A stretch of DNA of 64,000 bases from a virus: IMG/VR virus record IMGVR_UViG_3300027659_000011, positions 1 through 64,000 of that record; one strand, given 5' to 3'. The position numbers and the translations under genes are program-made. The notes beneath the pieces were generated by a model. The model was not told where the DNA came from, searched no databases, and saw nothing but the letters and a program-made list of their open reading frames with translations. Below, one piece after another: positions 8,983 through 16,791 of this stretch. Each line of letters starts with the position of its first letter. Position 1 is the stretch's first letter.

Positions 8983-9789
8983 ATGAAAACATTTAAACCT
9001 GAATTTTATCAAACCGAATCCCTAAAAAGAATCTTTAAACCCATGACCATCCCTGTAATCCCCCGCAACCGAAAAAAGGAGTTGCGATCTTGGCCCATTG
9101 AACAGTTTGCCACAGGCACTGAGCCTGAACTTGCTCGCCTTGCCGAGCATCTTGCCCTACACAAAGAATCCGAGTGGTTCTTAGATCAGCTGCTACACCA
9201 GTTTGGTGGTTGGAAGCTGATCTGGAACGGAGACTTAATTGACTGTTTAGCCACAGTAAAACACAATGTGGTCAGTGACTTTGATCGTGGTTGTTGGCAG
9301 CTGGCTTGTAGAACTACTAGATCAAAGTTGGTTGCTAGACAAATAGACCAACCTAACTTCAGCTCTCTGGTACCACTTATCTTAGCTGGTGTTAAGCGTT
9401 ATCAGGAAGTTGCCTATAGTTCATGGGACGCAGCTACCGCAGAGTGTGTAATGCCCAGAGACTTATGGGAAGCTACTCGTGTTAGCTGTGATCTTGATAG
9501 CGAGGAACTGTTGCAGCTGAGGGTCAAGGGTTTGCAAGTTCAAACAGGAGCTCGTGCAGGTACTAGTCGTGACCCTAAATCGAGCTGGCAGTTGTATGGT
9601 ATAGCAGACTCAGAGCTTGGCAGGTTACCTAAACTGGCTCAAGTAATGTATGCACAGATCTGGGTAGCTCATCCAGACTTAAGACATAGGGACATGATCC
9701 TAGACCCCGAAAACTGGGATACAATGCCCGAACCTTTAATTAAAACCGATGTAGTAACTAAGTGGACAGCAATGCCTTGGGAACAGTAA
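8983..9789 (+). CDS. T5 D2-like DNA-binding protein
   Basis: SSLVPLIL...YSSW and QIWVAHP..R..MILDP.NWD.MPEPL recalled from T5-like D2; followed by a D3-like gene. Confidence 0.65.
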   Translation: MKTFKPEFYQTESLKRIFKPMTIPVIPRNRKKELRSWPIEQFATGTEPELARLAEHLALHKESEWFLDQLLHQFGGWKLIWNGDLIDCLATVKHNVVSDFDRGCWQLACRTTRSKLVARQIDQPNFSSLVPLILAGVKRYQEVAYSSWDAATAECVMPRDLWEATRVSCDLDSEELLQLRVKGLQVQTGARAGTSRDPKSSWQLYGIADSELGRLPKLAQVMYAQIWVAHPDLRHRDMILDPENWDTMPEPLIKTDVVTKWTAMPWEQ

Positions 9790-9790
9790 A

Positions 9791-10093
9791 ATGAAATACG
9801 ATCAGGAAATAACAGAAAAATTAAAAAGAGAATATCTAGCAGGAGTACCTGTGAGTACCTTAGCTGAGGGTCTGGGCGTACCCGACAGGTCGGTCATCGC
9901 TAAGCTATCGAGTCTGGGCGTGTACAAAAAGAAGGAGTACCTCACAAAAAGAGGTGAACTACCAGTCAAGAAGGAAGAGTATATTGAGCGTATTGCCAAG
10001 CTCCTGGACGTAAATTCAGACATGCTGGAGTCGCTGGAGAAGGTAAACAAGAGCGTTCTTGCCCTAATTGAAAAGAAACTGACCCCAAATTGA
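9791..10093 (+). CDS. T5 D3/A2-family HTH DNA-binding protein
   Basis: LAEGLGVPDRSVIAKLSSLGVY...SLEKVNK; homologous to three - strand paralogues. Confidence 0.7.
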   Translation: MKYDQEITEKLKREYLAGVPVSTLAEGLGVPDRSVIAKLSSLGVYKKKEYLTKRGELPVKKEEYIERIAKLLDVNSDMLESLEKVNKSVLALIEKKLTPN

Positions 10094-10150
10094 CCCTAAA
10101 CTGCGCCAGACTACGCTGTCAGGGCACTTAAAATCAGACTATGTCCCCAT

Positions 10151-10184
10151 AGCCACTTATTTCTCGGAATAAGTGGCTTTTTTT
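10151..10184 (+). terminator. Rho-independent terminator
   Basis: AGCCACTTATT-loop-AATAAGTGGCT followed by a T tract. Confidence 0.8.
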
Positions 10185-10297
10185 CGTCTGATTGCAGCAA
10201 ACGCCGAAATTTCTTGCTATAAGTGCAATTAAGTGAATTTGGCCCTGTTTGGCGTGGGTTCGGCTCAGTTGAGGGTCAGAGTGCTTAAAATTCCCAC

Positions 10298-10327
10298 TTG
10301 ACAATGCTTTCAGCACTATGGTATAAT
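10298..10327 (+). promoter_or_regulatory. Sigma70-type promoter with no downstream ORF
   Basis: TTGACA-18-TATAAT with extended TG, followed by TGGCGC. Confidence 0.6.
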
Positions 10328-10380
10328 TGGCGCCAGCACTATGGTGGCAGGCGCAGAATTAAGAGGTGAATCGCACAGAC

Positions 10381-10423
10381 AAACAAAAGCCCCATGAGGG
10401 CATGACTCCTCTGGGGCGTTTTG
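10381..10423 (-). terminator. Terminator of the candidate ncRNA
   Basis: - strand GCCCCAGAGG...CCTCATGGGGC followed by TTTTGTTT. Confidence 0.6.
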
Positions 10424-10816
10424 AATAAGACTAGTGGTGAACGCTACTAGATGACGAGTACTCACGATTTTTCACTATTACCGTAGTTCTGGTCTTGTTC
10501 AAGGACAACTGTCTAGGGTCGGAGGAAATACTGGTCTCTTATTTTTAACCTGCTCAAAACAGGAATTTCATCGTACCGGTCTAGGACCGCAGTAGCTTGA
10601 GATGGCGAAGTTTTTAGGATACTACAATCCATCCTTTTAGGCTGGACTAGCCGCTTCCGTATCGAGGTTGCATCTCGGAACCAAATTTAAGCCTCTGGCA
10701 CAGGGCTCCCAGATTGTGATCGCCATGCCTTAAAATAGTTGGGGGCTACGTAAAAGGTGGGTGGGAGATCACAAACAAAATAAACTCTACTCGGGGTCAA
10801 ATCCTTTTGAGTTTAT
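10381..10816 (-). ncRNA. Candidate ~430-nt structured non-coding RNA, class unknown
   Basis: Consensus promoter upstream, terminator hairpin plus U tract at the end, no ORF of 60 aa or more, about ten stem-loops, GC-richer than flanks. Confidence 0.55.
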
Positions 10817-10821
10817 AAGTA

Positions 10822-10850
10822 ATTATATCAGATTTTGATATAAGAGTCAA
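10822..10850 (-). promoter_or_regulatory. Sigma70 promoter of the candidate ncRNA
   Basis: - strand TTGACT-17-TATAAT. Confidence 0.75.
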
Positions 10851-10878
10851 GTCCGTAAACTTGACCCTAAACTGCCGA

Positions 10879-11190
10879 TCAGCGGACAGCTTCCAAAATC
10901 TTCGCCAAGGCGGTCTTGTTGGCTTTGGTCAAGCTCTCGGTCTCTGCTTCAGTCAAGAGCAAGATAGCAGCAATTTCGTCAGCCACAAAATCTTTCTTAA
11001 CAGGCTTCTCGCCAGTCTTAGAGACATAGCTCTTAGCCTTGTAGACACCTTCACGGCTCAACTTAGCTACCACTGAGCGCACTGACTTACCCACAGTTTC
11101 TGCAATTGCCTCAACTGCAACGCCTGCTTGGTAATCAGCAACCATAGCAGCAGTTTGCTCTGGTGTGTAATTCACAGTTTTCTTTTCCAT
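10879..11190 (-). CDS. T5 A2/D3-family DNA-binding protein, paralogue 1
   Basis: KTVNYT.EQT..MV.DY...GKSVRSVVAKLSREGVY...SLTKANK; AAGGA RBS before ATG 11190. Confidence 0.75.
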   Translation of the reverse strand: MEKKTVNYTPEQTAAMVADYQAGVAVEAIAETVGKSVRSVVAKLSREGVYKAKSYVSKTGEKPVKKDFVADEIAAILLLTEAETESLTKANKTALAKILEAVR

Positions 11191-11233
11191 TTTGGTTTCC
11201 TTTGGGTGGTGTGTTGTTTGTTTCAATAAAGTA

Positions 11234-11262
11234 ATTATACAGAATTAGGCAGGGAGAGTCAA
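11234..11262 (-). promoter_or_regulatory. Sigma70 promoter (second tandem promoter at 11319-11347)
   Basis: TTGACT-17-TATAAT; upstream TTGATT-17-TATAAT. Confidence 0.7.
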
Positions 11263-11363
11263 ATTAATAATTTTGATTGTCTTGATGAGATTGTGTCCCT
11301 CTCTGTGTCTAAGCCTATATTATACTGGAAAAGCTTGCGGCAATCAACAGCAGGTTTTTGCAC

Positions 11364-11642
11364 TTGACAAACGCTTGTGTGTCGTGGTATAATTGGCGCA
11401 GACACTACCTCAATAAAAATACATTTGACACTACCTTTTCCACTATGGCGCAAATTTCACAATGTCTTTTCCACTATGGCGCCCTATCGGGCGTAAGTAA
11501 GTGCTCACTTCGCCAAAAGTTAGTGAGTGCTCACTTCGCACCAAGTTAGTGAGCGCCTACTTCAATTTATCTGGTCGCTTAAAGCAACCGTTGTTTTTTT
11601 GCAACAAAATTTTGGCGCCCGAAGTGAGTACTCACTTCGGTA
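11364..11642. repeat. Repeat module 1: + strand promoter, CACTATGGCGC repeats, four AAGTGAGTRCTCACTT-type palindromes, GTCGCTTAAAGCAAC palindrome
   Basis: Perfect 22-bp palindrome CCGAAGTGAGTACTCACTTCGG at 11619-11640; 11574-11643 nearly identical to 13371-13440. Confidence 0.85.
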
Positions 11643-11653
11643 ATTTATTATAA

Positions 11654-11866
11654 TTAATTAATCAAGGCATTATGTGGAATATATACGCTTTGAGTAACAT
11701 AATTTATTTGCCAATTATAATGAGTAAATATTTCATAATCATAATCGCCCTCAAAAGATAATATATAATCAGCGCACCGATTAACTACAAATGGGTGAAT
11801 TTCTTGAATAGTTAATCCCTGATAATCTCTGAGATTAAGTTTCATTTCTTTGAATGTTACTATCAT
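11654..11866 (-). CDS. Hypothetical protein
   Basis: 70 aa; GGAGG RBS; end of a - strand operon. Confidence 0.6.
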   Translation of the reverse strand: MIVTFKEMKLNLRDYQGLTIQEIHPFVVNRCADYILSFEGDYDYEIFTHYNWQINYVTQSVYIPHNALIN

Positions 11867-12000
11867 TATTTACCCTCCATAAAATCTTTGTATTCTTTTC
11901 TATTAACTTCCCAAAATTGAGATAATGGGTAGTTAGAGAATGTCCAATCCAATAAAGCAATAATCGGAAAGAAAATAGTTACTAATATTTTACCAAGCAT
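11866..12000 (-). CDS. Small membrane protein, 44 aa (not in ORF track)
   Basis: MLGKILVTIFFPIIALLDW...; TAATG junction with the next gene. Confidence 0.5.
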   Translation of the reverse strand: MLGKILVTIFFPIIALLDWTFSNYPLSQFWEVNRKEYKDFMEGK

Positions 12001-12223
12001 TATATATCCCCAATATGTTAGCCAAAAAGAATGTGCCATTTAAAACAGTTAATGATTTGTCTTTACGAATAAATCCAACTATTAACCAAGATAATGAGCC
12101 AATAATAAATGCCAGATAACCGACAAATATAATCTGTGATGCAACTAAAAATGCACCGATAATGCTTGATATAGTCCCAACCCATGAAACTGTATTTATT
12201 AAATTAATAAGTTTAAAAATCAT
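11990..12223 (-). CDS. Small three-helix membrane protein (PnuC/PQ-loop-like)
   Basis: SWVGTISSIIGAFLVA...W...N..F..AN..G. Confidence 0.55.
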   Translation of the reverse strand: MIFKLINLINTVSWVGTISSIIGAFLVASQIIFVGYLAFIIGSLSWLIVGFIRKDKSLTVLNGTFFLANILGIYNAW

Positions 12224-12597
12224 CTTTTTATTTCCATTGTGTGATAAACATCAGGAGATAATCCATATTGTAACATTAACATTTTCCAGTTATTACCATG
12301 ACCACATTTTGCTTCTGATAATCCAAACAAATTATAATCTGCTTGGTGGATTATCTCATGTGGCAATATAACCTTAGTCATATTATGTGCATAATCAGGA
12401 GAATGAATAAAGAATTTATAACCTAATTCAACTGTATTATTTTCTTGATGGCACATCCCAGCATTACGCCATAATCTACCATTAATTTCTATATTAGGTG
12501 GATTATAGCGAGTTAATCGGGGATATAATTCGCAAAGATTATCCCAGATAATCAGAGTCTGATTATTTAATAAATTTGAGAGCTTTTTTCTATCCAT
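12220..12597 (-). CDS. SprT-like zinc metalloprotease
   Basis: RLWRNAG, ILPHEIIH (HExxH), GHGNNWK. Confidence 0.8.
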   Translation of the reverse strand: MDRKKLSNLLNNQTLIIWDNLCELYPRLTRYNPPNIEINGRLWRNAGMCHQENNTVELGYKFFIHSPDYAHNMTKVILPHEIIHQADYNLFGLSEAKCGHGNNWKMLMLQYGLSPDVYHTMEIKR

Positions 12598-12638
12598 ACC
12601 GAGATTATACACAATTCACCCTTGCTTGCAACTATTTT

Positions 12639-12790
12639 TTGAAAACCAAAGTATACATTCGCCAAAATACAACATAGGTGTTTACCCTTGTGGTATTTAT
12701 GCAACGGTCGCTTGAAGCGACCGTTGTTTTTTTGCAACAAAAAAAAAGCCCTGATTAATCAGGGCTTTTCAATAGGGGTAAACCCCTATT
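12639..12790. repeat. Repeat module 2 with bidirectional terminator
   Basis: AAAATACAACATAGGTGTTTA; 25-bp inverted repeat CAACGGTCGCTTGAAGCGACCGTTG (12702-12726); hairpin AAAAGCCCTGATTAATCAGGGCTTTT (12744-12769); ATAGGGGTAAACCCCTAT. Confidence 0.8.
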
Positions 12791-12793
12791 TAC

Positions 12794-13120
12794 TCAAATT
12801 GGTTTTGAGTTAGCCAAAGCATCAAAAATTGCTTTTAGAGCATTTTTGTTTGCTTTTGTCAGAGAATCAACGTCATTTTCTGACAATCGGAGAATTGCAC
12901 CGATTGCGTCTGCGTGAACGTCTTTTTTAACTGGCTTTTCACCAGTTTTGGAAACGTAAGTTTTAGCTTTATAAACGCCCTCTCGGGAGAGTTTAGCCAC
13001 AACTGACCGAACAGACTTGCCCAAATTTTCGGCAATAGAATCCACAGACACGCCCGATGTATAATCGGACACCATAGCAGAGGTTTGCTCTGCTGTATAA
13101 TTTACAGTTTTCGCTGTCAT
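12794..13120 (-). CDS. T5 A2/D3-family DNA-binding protein, paralogue 2
   Basis: MTAKTVNYTAEQT...GKSVRSVVAKLSREGVYKAKTYVSKTGEKPVKKD. Confidence 0.8.
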   Translation of the reverse strand: MTAKTVNYTAEQTSAMVSDYTSGVSVDSIAENLGKSVRSVVAKLSREGVYKAKTYVSKTGEKPVKKDVHADAIGAILRLSENDVDSLTKANKNALKAIFDALANSKPI

Positions 13121-13159
13121 TTTAAAACCCTTTCAAGGTTAGTGAGTGAAGAAGTCTCT

Positions 13160-13440
13160 ATTATAGCGGAAAATCAAGAATTGTCAAAAACATATTTTTT
13201 GTGGGGTTATTTGTTGTATTTGCGTCAAATAGGGAAAACCCCTATTGACGGGGTGCAAAATTATGTGGTATAATTTTGGCGCAAAATTGAATACCTGAGT
13301 ATTCAAAAAATCTATATGCACAAAAACCCTATTTTTGTATATATCTATATTATGTGGTAAAAAAGCAACAGTCGCTTAAAGCAACCGTTGTTTTTTTGCA
13401 ACAAAATTTTGGCGCCCGAAGTGAGTACTCACTTCGGTAA
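13160..13440. repeat. Repeat module 3: divergent promoters and palindromes
   Basis: - promoter 13160-13187; + promoter TTGACG-18-TATAAT 13245-13274; TTGAATACCTGAGTATTCAA 13287-13306; GTCGCTTAAAGCAAC 13371; CCGAAGTGAGTACTCACTTCGG 13416-13437. Confidence 0.85.
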
Positions 13441-13450
13441 GCCGATTATA

Positions 13451-13699
13451 TTATAATCGGGGTTTTATTTTATAATATAACATTACTAATAAGAAAACCA
13501 TATTAAGGGTATAATTAAATAATAATGGCATATCCATTTTAGGGAGAATATAAATTATTGTAAATATCTCTCCGAAAAACCAACATAATAGAAAACCCCA
13601 AGATAATCCCCGAGAATGTCCTGCTTTATGACATTCTATTGCTTGTGGTAATCCGCATATTGCGAATAATATTGAACCAATCCAACCTATTATTTCCAT
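13451..13699 (-). CDS. PQ-loop (SemiSWEET-like) membrane protein
   Basis: IGWIGSILFAICGLPQA...SRGLSWGFL...NY. Confidence 0.75.
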   Translation of the reverse strand: MEIIGWIGSILFAICGLPQAIECHKAGHSRGLSWGFLLCWFFGEIFTIIYILPKMDMPLLFNYTLNMVFLLVMLYYKIKPRL

Positions 13700-13703
13700 G
13701 ATA

Positions 13704-14399
13704 TTAAGCCTTAAAATTATCTCTTACTTGAAACTTATTCCAGTCATAAGGAATAATATTATCTTGCCAATTACGTTTCTTGATTATATGAGTGAGAATA
13801 GGTAATTCAAAATCTCTAGCATCTTCTAATGCAGTATGTGGCTCAATAATAAAATTATTATTAATATAACCGCAAACCATTTCCGCATTAGTTTTAAATG
13901 TCATATTGCCATGTTTAGTAACATTATTAAAACCATGATTATCTAAACAAAATTGTTTATATTTTTTAGTTTTGCAGATATTACCAACCGAGGCTTGCCA
14001 TAAGCAAAATTTATTATTAAATCCTGACAAATCAATACCAGTATTAGCGCATTTATTAATATCAAAAGCGAGATTATATGCAGTAAGTGAGGGATTATAT
14101 TTGCCGATTGCCTGATTAATCCATTTATTAATTGCATTAACTGATGCAATCATTCTAATGCCATTTTCTAACATGGCAATATAACCCATTTTGCGTTTAA
14201 TTAATCCCTCATAACCCCAAATATCGTTGGCGTTTTTGTCGTGGAATAATTCCATTGTGTTATAATGCCCATTAACTAAAACAGCGCATTGATTATAAAT
14301 TTGACCTTCACGATCACAAATAATCATGGCAAAATCTGCCACAGTATCGCCCATAGTAGTTTCTGTGTCCAGAATACAAAAGTATTGCTTTTTAGCCAT
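13704..14399 (-). CDS. DEDDh 3'-5' exonuclease (DnaQ-like)
   Basis: ILDTETT, AYNLAFD and HTALEDA motifs. Confidence 0.8.
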   Translation of the reverse strand: MAKKQYFCILDTETTMGDTVADFAMIICDREGQIYNQCAVLVNGHYNTMELFHDKNANDIWGYEGLIKRKMGYIAMLENGIRMIASVNAINKWINQAIGKYNPSLTAYNLAFDINKCANTGIDLSGFNNKFCLWQASVGNICKTKKYKQFCLDNHGFNNVTKHGNMTFKTNAEMVCGYINNNFIIEPHTALEDARDFELPILTHIIKKRNWQDNIIPYDWNKFQVRDNFKA

Positions 14400-14497
14400 G
14401 ATTGCTTTCAGTTAATAAGTCCTGATTATAGCATGAAAAAGCAAAAATTGTGCGTTGTATTTTAATCACACACGAAAAATAAGTTATTAAAAAAAGC

Positions 14498-14628
14498 TTG
14501 ACGGGGGGCAATTTTATGTGATAAAATTGGCGCCTGTGGTATAAAAACAACAGTCGCTTGAAGCGACCAGTTAAAATTGAAAACCTGAGTATTCAATTTT
14601 AACAGCAGTTGCAAACCTAGGTATTCAA
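14498..14628. repeat. Repeat module 4
   Basis: + promoter TTGACG-18-TAAAAT then TGGCGC; GTCGCTTGAAGCGAC 14553-14567; two TTG(A/C)AAAC-N4-GTATTCAA palindromes. Confidence 0.8.
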
Positions 14629-14798
14629 AAATATGGTTGTGCCGATTCGCTTTTGTCCATGATATCCGCCCAACCATGCCAGCCCATTTGCCATGCTTCC
14701 GATTGCGCCTTGTCTAGTGGCTCACCTAGTGAGCGAGCATCAAAACCTATTTGATAATCTCGATTATTAAAATAATATAAAGCCTGAATATCAATCAT
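14625..14798 (-). CDS. 57-aa protein, possibly Rmf/CrpP-like (not in ORF track)
   Basis: DYQIGFDARSLGEPLDKAQSEAWQMGW resembles the Y..G..A...G...W..GW pattern. Confidence 0.45.
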   Translation of the reverse strand: MIDIQALYYFNNRDYQIGFDARSLGEPLDKAQSEAWQMGWHGWADIMDKSESAQPYF

Positions 14799-14799
14799 T

Positions 14800-14952
14800 T
14801 TAATGTATTCTCTTAGTTAATATATCTAAAATCTGTGATAATGGTATTTGCATTATTTCCGATATATCATAAAGATTTAAGCCTTCGGCTAAAAAATCTT
14901 TAATTAATGTCTCGGCATATTCAACATTAATGCCCTTGTTTACTTGGTACAT
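14800..14952 (-). CDS. Small HTH-like protein, 50 aa (not in ORF track)
   Basis: ...LIKDFLAEGLNLYDISEIMQIPLSQILDIL... Confidence 0.4.
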   Translation of the reverse strand: MYQVNKGINVEYAETLIKDFLAEGLNLYDISEIMQIPLSQILDILTKRIH

Positions 14953-15403
14953 ATACACCCTTTATATTAAAACGATCACAAACTGCTTTTAAATATTCTA
15001 TATTATCTTCGTAAAATGTAAACTCTGCATTTTTAAAGTTAATCAAATTAAAGAATTTTGCTAAACCATTAATTTTAAGAGTTTTTCCAGATTGTGAATC
15101 ATTTTCACCTCGGCTAATTAGATAATCGGGCATACCTAATTCATTTTCTATAAAATACATATCGGGGTCATTAATAACCCTAGCGGTAGCAATAATAACA
15201 TAGCAATTTGGATTTTCTAAATCTTTTTGATATTGCTCGGCTAATGGCAAAAGAGAATCAAATAATGCTAAATCCTGATTTTCTCTCCAATAATCTAGGT
15301 CGATTCTCTCGCCTAAATCGTCTATAATAGTGCGGTAGCGGTGAGTCGAATCAACGATTGTGCCATCCATGTCATAAATTGAAACTTTTGTAATCTTAGC
15401 CAT
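14927..15403 (-). CDS. HAD-superfamily phosphatase
   Basis: IYDMDGTIVDS (DxDGT), IATAR, K and FYEDN motifs. Confidence 0.8.
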   Translation of the reverse strand: MAKITKVSIYDMDGTIVDSTHRYRTIIDDLGERIDLDYWRENQDLALFDSLLPLAEQYQKDLENPNCYVIIATARVINDPDMYFIENELGMPDYLISRGENDSQSGKTLKINGLAKFFNLINFKNAEFTFYEDNIEYLKAVCDRFNIKGVYVPSKQGH

Positions 15404-15489
15404 TTAAATCCTTTTTCTGTATGTGCTAATTATACATCAGAAAAGCTAAAAAAGCCAATGCCCTGCAAAAAATATGTTATAAATAATGC

Positions 15490-15653
15490 TTGACACGGAT
15501 CAAAATTATATGCTATAATTTTGGCGCAAAGTGTAGCTAAAAAACAACAGTTGCTTCAAGCGACCAGTTAAAAGCGAAGTGAGTGCTTACTTCGCTGCGG
15601 CGCAGACTTGAATACCTAGGTATTCAAATCTTATTGCAAACCTAGGTATTCAA
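15490..15653. repeat. Repeat module 5
   Basis: + promoter TTGACA-18-TATAAT then TTGGCGC; GTTGCTTCAAGCGAC; AGCGAAGTGAGTGCTTACTTCGCT; TTGAATACCTAGGTATTCAA (perfect) and a second copy. Confidence 0.8.
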
Positions 15654-16000
15654 AATGAAACAATATCTAAATCATAGTAACATTTAAAGTATTCTCGCCA
15701 TTCTGTAAAACGTGATTCCGCATTGTGGGCAATATCTAGGTCATTCTCCATTTGCCAAGCATGAACATATTCATGCGCTAATGTAGTAAATAAATCAATA
15801 TCTGATTTTACTTCAGTAGTGGCAATGCGGATTTTATGAAGAATTTTCTTTTCTGAGAATTTTTCACCGATATACATTCCCATGCAGGAAGCACCATCAT
15901 AAAGCAAAACTTTATTTTTTGCAAAATGAATCCTATGCTTCAATTTGAATTCGTCTTGAAGCATAAGCTGGAATAGTTTAAAAGTATCTGATCTAATCAT
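15650..16000 (-). CDS. Putative zincin metallopeptidase
   Basis: TLAHEYVHAWQ (HExxH) with a downstream H...F..W. Confidence 0.65.
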   Translation of the reverse strand: MIRSDTFKLFQLMLQDEFKLKHRIHFAKNKVLLYDGASCMGMYIGEKFSEKKILHKIRIATTEVKSDIDLFTTLAHEYVHAWQMENDLDIAHNAESRFTEWREYFKCYYDLDIVSF

Positions 16001-16016
16001 AAGCTATTGTAACACA

Positions 16017-16048
16017 TAAATAGCAGGGGATTTGCCCCCTGCTATTTA
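16017..16048 (-). terminator. Terminator hairpin after A2-like paralogue 3
   Basis: TAAATAGCAGGGG-loop-CCCCTGCTATTTA. Confidence 0.65.
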
Positions 16049-16369
16049 TTAACCCTTGTCTTTAATAAATTCCACAATCTTAGCGAGTGCAGTTTTATTA
16101 GCCTTAGTCAACGAATCCGCATCCGCTTCAGATAAGCCCAATTCTTGAGCAATAAAATCAGCGTGTGCGTCTTTACGCACAACAGCCTCACCAGTTTTTG
16201 TTACATAGTTTTTAGCAATGTAAACTTTCTCTCGTGAGAGTTTAGCAACAACAGAACGAACAGATTTCCCGAGAGAATCTGCAATGGCTTCAACAGTCAT
16301 TCCGTCTTGATATTGCACGATCATTTTTTCTGTTTGATCAGCAGTGTAGTTCACAGTTTTTGCAGTCAT
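16049..16369 (-). CDS. T5 A2/D3-family DNA-binding protein, paralogue 3
   Basis: MTAKTVNYTADQT...GKSVRSVVAKLSREKVY...SLTKANKTAL; start placed by alignment to paralogues. Confidence 0.8.
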   Translation of the reverse strand: MTAKTVNYTADQTEKMIVQYQDGMTVEAIADSLGKSVRSVVAKLSREKVYIAKNYVTKTGEAVVRKDAHADFIAQELGLSEADADSLTKANKTALAKIVEFIKDKG

Positions 16370-16388
16370 TTTATACCCTTTCAAAGTA

Positions 16389-16613
16389 TTATTTAAGTAA
16401 CCAACCATCTTCACGCAATGCCTTGCGCCCTTGCTCTGATTGTAGCATACAATCAAATGAATCGTCAATAGCTTTTATAGCATTGATTAGATTTTCTTTT
16501 GTATCCAAACCTTCCCAATCCCTTGGTCGCCAACCATGAAAATCTTTATGGTAATCTGAATAATGGCTTGCTAGGTCATTTAGTGACCATGTGCTATAAT
16601 CTGTAGTGGTCAT
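16389..16613 (-). CDS. Hypothetical phage protein (YSDxHKDxxGxRPR family)
   Basis: YSDYHKDFHGWRPR...GRKALREDGW. Confidence 0.65.
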   Translation of the reverse strand: MTTTDYSTWSLNDLASHYSDYHKDFHGWRPRDWEGLDTKENLINAIKAIDDSFDCMLQSEQGRKALREDGWLLK

Positions 16614-16717
16614 TAGAACCAGTCCCCATTGTGATCACGTGATAAATACATTGCAATAAAGCAAGGCAATAAAGCAATAGCTAATACAAGTATCATCTGA
16701 AAAATAAATTGCATCAT
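16613..16717 (-). CDS. Small membrane peptide, 34 aa
   Basis: MMQFIFQMILVLAIALLPCFIAMYLSRDHNGDWF; follows promoter TTGACC-17-TATAAT (16743-16771); TAATG junction. Confidence 0.45.
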   Translation of the reverse strand: MMQFIFQMILVLAIALLPCFIAMYLSRDHNGDWF

Positions 16718-16791
16718 AATGTTTCTTTCTGTCTATGTATTTATTATAAATCAGTTAAGCTAGAAGGTCAAGATAATTTTTTAGTTTCACC

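Noticed and set aside
8717-8992. 91-aa - strand ORF, and similar ORFs over repeat modules (10134, 10861, 11259, 11358, 13085, 14462, 17874)
   Set aside because: They overlap promoters, hairpins, palindromes or better-supported genes and lack an RBS or recognisable motifs.
10381-10816. tmRNA, RNase P RNA or tRNA cluster
   Set aside because: No acceptor stem/CCA end, T-loop or RNase P conserved GAGGAAAGUCC-type motif was seen on either strand.
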